From Lama guanicoe (taxonomy: Eukaryota), in the NCBI GenBank assembly GCA_013239625.1, contig MU054120.1:310001-374000 (forward strand): 64,000 nucleotides of DNA, in the 5' to 3' direction. The notes below the pieces were generated by a model that saw only the letters and a program-made list of their open reading frames with translations, made no database searches and was not told the DNA's origin. The position numbers and the translations under genes were made by a program. The first letter of the stretch is position 1. Every line of letters begins with the position of its first letter. Shown here piece after piece: positions 12,689 through 23,930 of the stretch.

Positions 12689-13897
12689 AATATTCTAATT
12701 TATGTAAATATTACTTAAAATCTGTATTTATCAAAAATATATGTGATATAAAAGCTGCATAATAAATAATAATGTTCTTTTACCTACTTAGTAGATAAAA
12801 ATACTACAGAAAGGAATTGTGCACTGTCTTTCCTTCCTCCATTTCCACTTACTGCATTGTTTCCTTTTTTAATGAGTAATACTTTAATTCTCTAAAAAAT
12901 AAATTTAAAACATTATTCAAAGTATCCTTAGGAGTCAGAGAAAGGTGATTTCTTAGTTTTCTGTTTTCCAGGAATTACAAGCTCAGTTACTAAAGACTGA
13001 CCTAATTGTCTATGATTGTTTTTCAAGTACATTTGCTGTGCTTGAATAGTAAATGATAATAAAAATCTAATAGTTACTAAATACATTTTATATAACTATT
13101 AGGTTTACTGTTAGAAATGAACAAACAAAATAGGAGCTACATGATATCAAAAAAGAAAAGAGCAAGACCATATCAGCTTACTAAAAAAACACATTAAAAT
13201 TAAGCTTTTTTAAAAATAAAAGTTTAATTTAAAATGATTGATTTATTCAAAATGTATATGCCCTCAATATAAAAGTAAATGAATGTTTCCATCCAATTAG
13301 TGAAAGAGCATAGTAAAAATGCTAAAAAATGAGGTAAATTGTTTGTACCTAGCAGCATAATAAATCAGAAGCAAGCTCTGTCACATATTAGTCATTGAAG
13401 ACATCAATCTGTACAATGACTCCGCTGTCAACTTCAGGTCTGAGGCTTAATCATTTCAGGAGCAAGAAAACCATGAGTCATATTTTACTCAACAGACATT
13501 TGGGAACACATATTCATGCTGCTACCCTCATAAATTTCTTGACAACTTGCCTGAAGGTCAATTGGCAATGAAATAATAGAAATTTTAAATTTTGAACAGA
13601 TTATGTGAAGGTGGATTTAATGAGTCTTTAGCCTGAGTTGTCATTTGGGCTCCTGTATATATCCGCTGGGACATATGAGCTAACCTGCAAAACCAGTAAA
13701 GCACATAATAGTCCCAAAGCGCACTTAGTAAGTACGTGCGTGATTTGTAAGCACCAAAGAATATCAGAATATCTGACTCCAGGTCACTTTTTTCTAAAGG
13801 ATTAGCTTTAAAAAAATATTTTATAGCCAAAGATGCATCATTCATTAATTTATGACACCTACATGAATCATATTTATTTAAAGACTATGTCTCAATT

Positions 13898-14560
13898 ATG
13901 GTAGACTGCAAAATTGGCCACAAATTATTCCCCTCCTATAATAGTCTCTACTTCTTTAAATAGTTCCTTTTTATATTTACTTGGCCATGTGACTTCTTGT
14001 TGTGCAGGCTGCCATAACAAAATACCATCAATTGGGTGCCTTAAACAACAGAACATTAATTTCTCATACTTATGGAGGCTGGAAATCCAAGATCAGGGCT
14101 CCAACATGTTTGGGTTCTAGTGAAAGTCTTTTTCTTGGTTGGCAGAAAGCTATCTTCTCACTGTGAGCTTACACTGCCTTTTCTTGGGTACAGAGAGATC
14201 AGGCTCTTTGGTGTCTCTGCTTTTAAGTAATTCCATCAGATAAGATCCACAACCTCATAATTAGGACCCAAAGGCCCCATCTCCAAGTACCATTACTTTG
14301 GGGGTTAAGACTTCAACATATGAATGGGGAGGACACAAAAAAACAGTCCACGACCCCTGTGGCTAAAGGCACAATTGCAAATATGTATGAAACTCGTAGT
14401 TACTTGAAGACCAGTTGTGCATTTGAGCCTCTCTTCTCTTGCTGTTCTCAGAGCCCTTGTCATCACCACCCTGAAAGGAACCCATGCTAGCCCGCTGGAT
14501 AATGACACATGTGGTCTTTTCACATCTTTGTCGCTGCTGACCTAGACCAGCTCACTCAGG
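13898..14560 (+). mobile_element. MaLR LTR (MLT1F/H-like) split by a nested MLT1
   Basis: Starts 'tggtagactgcaaaattggccacaaattattcccctcc...ggccatgtgactt' and resumes after 14354 at 'ggctaaaggcacaattgcaaat...gctagcccgctggataatga'. Confidence 0.6.
14000..14354 (-). mobile_element. MaLR LTR (MLT1A0/B-like), nested antisense
   Basis: 'ggctgccataacaaaatacc...ttaaacaacagaa...ggaggctggaaatccaagatcagg...ttgggggttaagacttcaacatatgaat'. Confidence 0.85.
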
Positions 14561-14789
14561 AGGAAGACGACCTGAAAGCTCAGAATCAGTTCAAGCCTGT
14601 GGCTCTCTCAGACCTCTAACCAGAGCTTACACCCACTCTCCCCACCCGACTGGACCCTTCAAATGTTAACACTAGTTCATATGTGACTTAGGCTCGCTGA
14701 TCCCGTCTTGGACACTGTGATATGATTCCTGGTCACTTCATACAGTTCCACCATCAAAGTGCCTTCAGAAGAACCTTCTCTCTTTCTAT

Positions 14790-15330
14790 CACTCATTTCA
14801 CAAATACCTGTCCAACAACCCCTAAAGGAAGGCTTCAGTGTGCTAGCATTAGGGGCACCATGATGGAACAAGGTGCAGTCCATGCTTCACAGCTCTCAAT
14901 TTTTTGAGAGATAACAGCAAATAAAGGGGGGGGGGAATTATAATAATATGTGACAGCTTTTCTCAACTGGAGTTATCTGAACCATCGAACACAGAAAACG
15001 ATTTGAGTTACCATTTTCTTAGTTCTCCCAATGACGTTACATAAACATTGCTCACTTCAATGCAGAGGAGATAATTTAATCCATTCTAAGACTTACAGCA
15101 TTAGATTTAATTTTCTCATCAAAAGTTTAATTTTTTCATCAAACTCTCCTTGAGAAAAACTGGTCAATGACAGCAGCTCTTGTATTTGGAAGCACAATTA
15201 AACCAACCTGAGCAGATCATAAATGTATTTCAGTTGAGTCTTGAATGATGAGATGATTTTGTCAAGTGAAAGGAAATGAGAAAAATGGTACCAACAAGAA
15301 TATTCTGTAAAGGTTCCTAGTAAGAGAGAC
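14790..15330 (-). mobile_element. L2 3' fragment interrupted by MER112
   Basis: 'actcatttcacaaatac...tgtgctagcattagggg...cagtccatgcttcacagctctca', continuing after 15162 with 'ttcagttgagtcttgaatgatgag'. Confidence 0.5.
14954..15162. mobile_element. MER112-like hAT-Charlie MITE
   Basis: Terminal inverted repeats 'cagcttttctcaa' and 'ttgagaaaaactg'. Internal 'gagttaccattttcttagttctccca'. Confidence 0.7.
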
Positions 15331-15809
15331 GCTGGCATACTTCGAGAGCTAACAGATAAAGCTGACTCTCTCTCTCTGTGAGACAACCAGTGATGCTACA
15401 GAAGCTACCACAGCAAAGCCCAGGAGAAACTGAGGTCACTTGGGAGAACTGACACACTGAATGAAACACACAGTTGCATCTTTATAAAGTGTTTCCAGTA
15501 TTAAGTTCAGTGTTACGGGTAAGAAATGGATATTGTGATATTTTCTTCATTGTTACTGATATCTTCCTAGGTTATAGGAGATAGTAATTCACTATTTCTA
15601 TGACTTTAGTGTACACTGAAGACAAGAAAATGTGTTCATTAAATGTTAATGTAAATTTTTTTTGCTAAAAAATTAAATATATTAATAAAGATCACCAATG
15701 AACCAAAAAAAAAAACAAACCCCATATTCACTGGCATCTTGTCTGGTCTATGTCTATAAGTAAAAGTGTATCTCCTTACTGGGTTAGGTTTAATTTTGTT
15801 CAATATCAT

Positions 15810-16195
15810 GGGACTCACCTTCAGTATTTATACCATGTTGATGACATGGTCTTACTAGTATATTCCAGAACTAGCCTCAGGAAACAACTGAATCTATTTA
15901 CCAATCACTGTCAGAAAAAAAGCTCACTGTTAATTATTCCAGCACGAACTCATTATTTTTGGTAGTTATTCTTCTACACTCAGATATAAAATCCTAAAAA
16001 TCCTATCCAACACATTAGCTTCACTTTACATGGGAGGATTACATAGTGAAAATTACACTGCTCAAACTTCCTAAATTTTATAAAATCCTTTAAAGTTATT
16101 TTATGATGGAGGTAATAGAAATAGAAACTTCCTGCTTACAAAATATCCCAAGTCAGAGTCAACTCTTTTATGCTTTGTGGTGCAGAATTCCACAG
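15810..16195 (+). mobile_element. Fossil non-LTR retrotransposon RT fragment (RTE-X/L4-like)
   Basis: Reads YLYHVDDMVLLVYSRTSLRKQLNLFTNHC (YADD motif), then after frameshifts LTVNYSST..IIFG, NPIQHISF, LKLFYDGG and PAYKISQVRVNSFMLCGAEF (cf. LLYGAE.W). Confidence 0.65.
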
Positions 16196-16959
16196 CTTTA
16201 TCAGAGCTTTGGTTCAGATAGCTGACTAGATCCAAAACTGCAATTGAACTAAAGTCCTTGGACTACTGTAAACTGTTCTTGCAAAACCACAGTGGTGGAG
16301 GGACGGCACAGCTGCCCGTCGAGGTAAGAATACAAGTAGGGCTCTTTGATTTTTACATAATCATGTCGTTTTTGCAGCCCACACAATTAGAATACGAAGC
16401 AGGTCTACCTTACTGCAACAGGCAATACAGAACTGCCAACCACTTCAGTCTTAATTGTCTGTTATTCAACTTTAGTTAAAAGTCAGCCAACAGATCAAGA
16501 TAGCTCCGTACATTTGCATTTGGATATAATGGTAATGAAAAATAAAATTCGAAAAGATAAAGCTAAATTAAACTAACCCAAGAGATAATAATAGTAGCAA
16601 CAATAACAGCAACAATAAATATCTCCATTATCAATGTGGGGAAAAAAATGAGGCTGCTGGAATCTGGAACCAGAAGAGGTCAATGAAGCAGAAATTCACA
16701 TTCTGCATGATGGAGGGGACGCAAAGGGCTCCCAGCAAGACAGGAGACAAGAGTCTGGCTCACTGATGGAAGCCAGGTGCTGGTCTCGACCTGCCTTCCG
16801 CACCCTCCACAATCCCTCCTGAACAGAAGAAGAACAATAAAACTGCTGCCCATTACCACCTGGAATAATTTATTTTATTTTTTTTACATTGGTGCCAATG
16901 GGACACAGGCAGTGGGGACTGTCCCACACTTTGAAAACTGCTTGTTGAAGCTATTCCTA

Positions 16960-17400
16960 TATTTCTCCCCTAGGTGTGCACGTCTGAGCATAAAAAGACA
17001 CGTAAATGGATGTTTACAGTAGTGTGGAAATAGAGTTTAAAATCAGAAACAATTTAAATGTGTATCAATAGCAGAATGAATCATTCAAGTATGTACATTC
17101 ACAGAGTTAAATCAAATGAGCTCAGGCTAAATGTTTGAGCCATCTCAAATAAAAAAATAAAGCATCTGGTAAAAGGGCTAATTCAGTATACCGGTATATG
17201 ACACCTGATAATTAATCAAAACCCTGTAAAGTATTATGTATGGACACATTCATATTATAGTAATAATATAAACCCCTGAATGAGAATGGTAAAGGGGCAA
17301 ATTCAGCAAGACTGCAATTACAGGGCACAGGGAAGGAGAGAAGGGGAGCAACAGGGGAAAAGAAAAGCATGGGTCTCCATCTGCATCTGTGGATCATTAG
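16960..17400 (+). mobile_element. Old L1 (L1ME-like) 3' fragment
   Basis: 'aaaaagacacgtaaatggatgtttacagtag...aaacaatttaaatgtgtatcaatagcagaatg'. Confidence 0.55.
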
Positions 17401-17439
17401 GACCTAAGTAACCAAGACAAGATTTAATTTCTGGGTCAA

Positions 17440-17842
17440 TAACTAGATTATATACATTCTATATGTCAGGCACTATTCTAGGCACTGGGAATAAGCAAGA
17501 CATAAAACAGACTGAAATTTCTGCTCTCACAGAGCTTACCTTCTAGTAGAAAAAGAGGTGAAGGTAGAAACAATAAGTGAAATGAAAAGTATTCCCCATG
17601 ATGATCACCACCACGGAGTTAAAACGAAACCCAGAGCTGGAGGAGGATGGTGCAATTTTAAACCCGGTGATCAGAGAACACCTCACAGGGAAAGCCTCAC
17701 TGAGAAAGTGACTTCTAAACAAATAACCAGAAAGGTGTCAGTACAAGACATAAGGCTGTCTGGAGGAAGGGTTCCTAGTAGAGGCAAGAACACATGCAAA
17801 GGCCCTGAGGCTGCAGTGTGCTTGGCAAGTTCAAAACAAAAT
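17440..17842 (-). mobile_element. L2a 3' fragment
   Basis: 'tatgtcaggcactattctaggcactggga', 'ctgctctcacagagcttaccttctagt' and 'atgcaaaggccctgaggc'. Confidence 0.75.
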
Positions 17843-18211
17843 AGATATAGAGGCACACTGTAAAAAATAAAAAGCTGTACTACAAAGAATAATTGTGGTG
17901 TTAAAGTTATTTTTATAGAGCTACCCGGTTAGGTGGAAAGTATAAAAATGCTTTATACGTGGATTCAGGTCTCAATATGTGGATTCAAGTTTCTAAGAGC
18001 TTCTAAGCAGCCTGTGTCACACTGAGAAAAAGTCATAACATAAGAAAAGAAGGCTGAGGAGGCAAAAGATTAAAAAATGGAAATCTTAGTTTCTCTTGAA
18101 AATTTCCAGTCACCTCTCTTTTATTTGAAAAAAAAATCATAGGAAGAAAGAAACACTCTAAAAAGAAAAATCAATTACTGCTCCATATTCTTTCTCCTAT
18201 TCTTCCCACCA

Positions 18212-18643
18212 GTGAGGGTTAATTTTACATGTCAACTTGGCTAAGCTTTGGTGCCCAGCTGTTTGGTCAAACACTAGTCTAGATATTGCCATGAAGTGAT
18301 TTTGTAGATGTATTTAACACTTACAATCAATTGACTTCAAGTAAAGAAAATTACCCTCCACAATGTAGGTGGGCCTCATCTAATCAGTTGAAGGCTATGC
18401 AAGCAAAAATTGAGGTTTTCCAATGGAGAAAGAATTCTACCTCAAGACTGTAACATAGAAATCCTGCCTGAGTTTCTAGCCTGCTGGCTAGCCCTGTGAC
18501 CTTTGGACTTAGGACTGTAACATCAACTCTTACACGAATTGCCAGCCTGCCCAACAGTTTCAGACCTGCCAGCCCCCATAATTGTGTGAGCCAAATCCTT
18601 AAAATTAATCTCTTGTTTTTTGTTTCCCTGAACAACCCTGAGA
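18212..18643 (+). mobile_element. ERVL LTR (MLT2-family, MLT2D-like)
   Basis: 'ggttaattttacatgtcaacttggctaag', 'gtgggcctcatctaatcagttgaaggc', 'ccccataattgtgtgagccaaatccttaaaa' and 'gtttccctgaacaaccctga'. Confidence 0.85.
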
Positions 18644-20209
18644 AATGTTGGTACCATGAAATGGAATGTTACTGTGAAAAACACCTAAAAATTTGGAAGT
18701 GGCTTTGGAACTGGGTACTGGGTAGAGGCTGGAAGAGTTTGGAGGAGCTTGATTATAAACGCTTGGATTATCTGGACCAGAGTATTGCTAGAAATATGAA
18801 TGGTGAAGGTGCCTTTGCTGGGGTGTCAGAAAGAAATGAGAAATACGTTATTGGCCACCAAAGGGACGATGATCCTTGTGGCAGAGAACTTGGCTGAACT
18901 GTGTTCTTCTTTGGGGTGGAAAGTAGAACTTGTAAGTGAGGAAATTGGACACTGAGCTGAGGCTGTCACTTCCAACAACGTGTGGAAGGCATAGCCCAGT
19001 TTCTCCTGGCTTTGTATAATAAAATGGGAGAAAAAAATTAAAGCAGAAATTGCTGAACAAGAAGGAACCAGAACTTGATGTTTAGGAAAATTCTCAGCCT
19101 ATCCAGGTAGCGTGCTCTGGAAATAGTCAAGGACGACCATTTATTAAAGGGATTAGGTGTGTGACTCATGGATCTAGTCAATCAACTCCTCAGAAGCAAG
19201 GTACAGAGACACAGGAATCCAGAAAAGATCTGTGGAGCACCCTCTTGTCTGAAGATTGGACTCCAAGAATTGCGTAAGAGGTGGATAAGGTTTCTAAAAA
19301 TTTTATACCACCAGAAACACTGTCAACATGGATTCAAAGGAAAAGAGATAGGATGAAATTAAGGAAGAATAATTCTGAAGGGGGACTCAGAGGTGCAGAG
19401 GCCTCAGGGAAGGACCAATTCAGTTCCAAAGGGTGGAGCCACCTCCCCTGTTCGGGGGTGGGCAGGGCCAAGGGGGCAGGGCCACTCCAGCAGGCCCAGG
19501 GGACAGAGCATCAAGCCACAGAGATTTGTTCTCAAACCTTAAAACCTAATGGAATTTGCCCTGCTAAGCTGCAAATCCATTTTTGACCATTGACCCTTTT
19601 TTTCCTTTCAATTTCTCCCTTTCTAAAGGGGAATGTCTATTCTTTATCTGTCTAACTGTTGTATCTCAGAAAAAGAAGACCTATTTTCTAGGCTTCACAC
19701 GCCCACAGACGGAGAGGAGTTTTGCCCTGGCTGGATCATACCCCATGTCTCACTCACAACTGATTTAGATAGAATTTGGACTCAGAACTGATGCTGGAAT
19801 GGTTAAAACTTTGGGTGATACTGGGATTCGGGGAATATATTTTTTCTTTTTTTAATTTTAATTTTATTTTTTATTGAAGTTTATTCACAATGTTAATTTC
19901 AGGTGTACAGCAGAGTGATTCAGTTATACGTATACACACATGTGTATTTTTTTCAGATTCTTTTCCATTACATATTATTACAAGAAATTGAATACAGTTT
20001 CCTGAGTTGTACAGTAGGTCCTTGTGGTTTACCTATTTTATATATAGTAGTATGTCTCTATTAGTCTCAAACACCTAATTTATCCCTCTTTTGCCCATTG
20101 TCCTTTGGTAGCCATATTGTTTTCTATGTCCACGAGTCTATTTTTGGTTTGTGAATAATTTTTTTTTACATTGATAGGACATGAGTTTTGGGAGGGTCAG
20201 AAGGCAAAC
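18644..20209 (+). mobile_element. MaLR internal region (MLT1-int-like)
   Basis: PBS-like TGGTACCA at 18649-18656, then 'cctaaaaatttggaagtggctttggaactggg...agaggctggaagagtttggag'. Remnant ORF GRGWKSLEE...RNM...VIGH..DDPC. PPT-like 'ttttgggagggtcagaaggcaaac' before the 3' LTR. Confidence 0.85.
19845..20152 (-). mobile_element. L1 3'UTR fragment inserted in the MaLR internal region
   Basis: T-rich tail, then 'ggtgtacagcagagtgattcagttata...cagattcttttccatta'. Imperfect TSD gaata(t)atttt on both sides. Confidence 0.85.
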
Positions 20210-20786
20210 TGTTATGGGCTGAACTGTGTCTCTCAAAAATATACATATATATTTAATTCCTAACCTCCCATATCTCACAGGATGAACTTCTTTGGAAATA
20301 GGGCCAGTGCAGATGTCATCAGTTAACATAAGGTCATACTGGAGTATGATGGATCCTAATCCAATATGACTGGTGTCACAAGAAGATGGCCACGTGAAGA
20401 CACAGAAACACAGGGAGGACGCCACGTGAAGATGGAGGCATGAACTGAAGTTATGCCGCCACATCTGGGTCTGTCAGGGGTAGAAGAGCAAAGGAAGGAT
20501 CCTCTCCCAGAGGCTTCCAAGAAAGCACAGCCTAGCCAACACTTTGATTTCAGACTTCTAGTCCCCAGAACCGAGAGAATAAATTTCTGGGTTTTTGTTT
20601 GTTTGTTTTTTATTTTTGGGTGGGTAGGTAATTAGTTTGTTCATTTTTAATGGAGGCACTGGGGATTGAACCCAGGACCTCTTAAATGCTAAGCACACGC
20701 TCTACCACTAAGCTATACCCTCCCCCTAAATTTCTGTTGTTTTAAGCCACCTGGTTGGAAGTATTTTGCAATGGCAGCCCTAGGAA
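20210..20786 (+). mobile_element. MaLR 3' LTR (MLT1B/C-like)
   Basis: Starts 'tgttatgggctgaactgtgtc'; contains 'ggtcatactggagta...cctaatccaatatgactggtgtc'; ends 'gcagccctaggaa'. Interrupted by a SINE. Confidence 0.85.
20590..20726 (-). mobile_element. Vic-1-like tRNA-derived SINE
   Basis: 'ggggattgaacccaggacc...ctctaccactaagctataccctcccc' with tail 'aggtaattag'. TSD taaatttctg at 20580-20589 and 20727-20736. Confidence 0.92.
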
Positions 20787-21072
20787 GTCCTTTGTAAGCA
20801 TTTATAGTCTACCAGGTAAAGTTTTATATGAATTCCCATGATTCTCATACTGAACAAGAGAGCCCCACTGATAAGGTACTTAGCAGAGGTTCTTACAGGT
20901 CATGCGATTTACGCATGATTTGCAAAGCAAGTTAACCGTGATGCTGAGACTTTAAGCAACATCTTCCAACACCTACACCCTTTACAGAATTGAAAGCATT
21001 GATACTCTCTGTTTCCCTCCCTTTGAGATAGATCTTGTGCGTTTATATGCACACGTGCATATGTGTCTATAC

Positions 21073-21092
21073 GTGTGTGTGTGTGTGTGTGT
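21073..21092. repeat. (GT)10 microsatellite
   Basis: Read directly from the sequence. Confidence 0.95.
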
Positions 21093-23435
21093 TAATATTT
21101 ATGGGTGACTGGTCAACTTTTCAGCAACTCATGGAGTATATGCAATAATGAGCTAAAGGAACAGAGACAAACTTTTTGGTGGTAATTTGATTTGCATACT
21201 CTCAATAGAACACTGAGCAGTAGGTGAATATTCAATGGACAGTGAATTATAATGGCACCTACATATCAGGATGTGCAAGCCAGGTTTCTAATATAATATC
21301 TAATAATAAAAGATGAATTGAAGAGTATGCTGAAGCATGGTAAGAAATCTGTACATTCCCAATTTAAAAAAAAACACTGTTACTTGTCAGGGTCGCAAAC
21401 TTAGTTTTTTTGATAATATCATAGTCAAATAATTGTCTTCTCTTTAGATTGCACACAGATTGTTTCAAATTTTAAATAAAGATGCCTAACATTTATCTGC
21501 ATATGTTGACTGAGTGAAATATTTTAAATGTCCTTAATTAGTGAAACTCTAGCCACCTGAACATTTAATTCACAAATTATGAACCTGTCAGCATGTCATT
21601 AGTGTGTATCACAATGAGAAATGGCAAAACTCTGCTCTAACTTTGGGAATTGAAACACACCTAAACAAATCCATATACAGACAGAAGGAGTAGATGGTAT
21701 AAACTGTTAAAAAAATAACAAAAATTTTAGCACTGCTAAGGGTGAATCTGGAAAGTACCACTGCACCACTGTACCTGAGATGTCCTGATTCAGCATTTCC
21801 TCCAAATGGAAGTGCATTAAGGAATAAAATTTGATGTCCTTTTCAAAAATGGCATGAACACTGACTAAGAAACCATTCATTCTATTTGTTACCCAGTAAA
21901 TAGAGACACTGATGCTAGTCTTAGCACTTCTAATTGCTGTTTCTACCTTCCTTCTCTGGACCTAGTTCTTCATACATCAAATGTGACGTTCTTCAAGGTT
22001 TCTAAGAGCCCCAAATTTCAATTGCAAAATCATCGATCATCGTCTGACATTTAATTTCATTTCAAGAGAAACATAAACAGAAAACTGCATAAGTATTACC
22101 ACAATAACATTTAGCCTTTGATGTGTACTTGTCTTTACCACTTGAGTCTAAATACAACCAAAACAAGTTCCCTTGGCCTTAGATACTTGCTGAATAAAGA
22201 TAACAACGTCCAGACACTTTAGAAAGAACAGAAAACCTCCATATAAACTCATCTGATCTGTGGCTCCAGCGGATTAAGTAATGCGTCTCTTTATGTTGGG
22301 AACTCAGCACAGAATATGATTACTCTGCATATGAATAGATAGCTTTTTAAAAAAAGAATCAGCTTTGAAAACTGTAAAATTAAGAAGCAATGTCCTTAAT
22401 TACATATAAATTATATGATAGCATCACTTGAAATATAACTGTACAATAACTTCATATTTCACCAAAATATAGTCCCAAATGTTTTGGACACATAATAAAA
22501 TCCAATTTACTTTTTACAGTTTTTCAGCAAAGTACACATAGATGTTTATGAACCATTATAATTCAGAATAAGAAAAATGAGATTCCTTGTGATAGTGTTA
22601 TATAATATCGAGTAAAATTGAATTTTTACTGATTAAAGATTCAGTGTTACTTTCAAATTTCAGTGTTAAGCGAAGTTTAAAATTTTCTTACTAATGAAGA
22701 CTTGGCAAACTATATAGTGTACTATTGAGGTAACTGTGATTAATACATTTTTCAACCAAGAGGCTTAAGAATGACAACAATTAGTATTATAAAAACATTA
22801 AAATATTCTATTTCTCTAATATAAGCACAGAAGACCTCATTAACCTTAACTTGGCAGTGCTCAAAAGCAAAATCTTTCTGTCAACCAACACAGTTTTCTA
22901 CTGTTCTTTCATTAAGCTTAGAACATGAAATCAGTTGATATTGAAGGAATAAAACATGTCTATAATCTAAATTATATTGCAACATGGGTGCAAGTTGTAT
23001 AATCTGAAAGTTACCGGAATAGAGAGAGAACACGCATTTGCCACTTCTCAGGGCTCAGAGCTGAGAACCGAGACAACTGATCATCAGCTTTTAGCCAGAA
23101 GCAAACTTGCACACAAATCTCAAGAGGCTCTCTGCTTTCCCCTCCTCTCTTTCTTCTCTCAAGTGAGGGGAAAAGTAGCTCTGTCCCTTCTTAACTTGCT
23201 TTGACATGCACAATCAGCTCATACTTTTTACACTGTGACATTAACTTGGCTTAAATTACATCCTGGGTCAAAGAAAATACACGCTCTGAATGGCCAAATC
23301 TAACCTTCTAATTCTCTTCCTCTGATACTGCTATAAACACCTTTTTAAGTGTATGTATCATGTGATTTAATCATGAATGCAACACACTGCAAAGTACTCT
23401 CATACATCAGTCAAAGTGTCAGTGAATCTTCACCC

Positions 23436-23670
23436 AGCCTGAGACTAGATAACTCAGTCAGTTCCAAACAATAATAAAGAGGCCAAGGCCACGTGCCGAA
23501 TCCCTTGAGAGGCAGATAATTTCATTTTGTTGCCTAATCACGCATCACATGCCTTACTTGGCCAGCCGTCCTGCAAATGCCTGCCCTTTGTCACAAAGGG
23601 TCCTCACCTACGTGCGTGACGGGGAACTGGATGGCGGGTCAGTGCCGCCATCTTTGTATCTGAAGAACTT
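23436..23670 (+). mobile_element. MamSINE1-like ancient tRNA-derived SINE
   Basis: 'gcctgagactagataactcagtcagtt...gaggccaaggccacg...ggccagccgtcctgcaaatgc...gtcacaaaggg...gatggcgggtcagt...catcttt' matches my recall of the MamSINE1 consensus. Confidence 0.65.
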
Positions 23671-23749
23671 ACAACGACCTTTGGCGAAATGAAGAGCTAC
23701 AGTTTAGAAGGTGTTTCTCATATTCTACGTAGGTTATTTTACCAAACAA

Positions 23750-23930
23750 CTTACACCCACAACCTCATTCTCTAAGCCATAAAAGACAGATATTATGATA
23801 TAGATTTTAAATATGAGGGCCCAGAGGCTCAGAGTTGGTTACTTATGTTAGGTCAGATGGCTGGTAAATATTGGGTCTTGGATTCCAATTCTGGTTTGTC
23901 TGGATCCAAGGTCCAATTTCCTCTCCATTG
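23750..23930 (-). mobile_element. MIR
   Basis: 'ttttaaatatgagggcccagaggctcagag...ggtcagatggctggtaaat...ggattccaa...tctggatccaag'. Confidence 0.5.

Noticed and set aside
18496..18897. 133-aa ORF as a host gene
   Set aside because: It is read-through from the MLT2 LTR into the decayed MaLR internal ORF.
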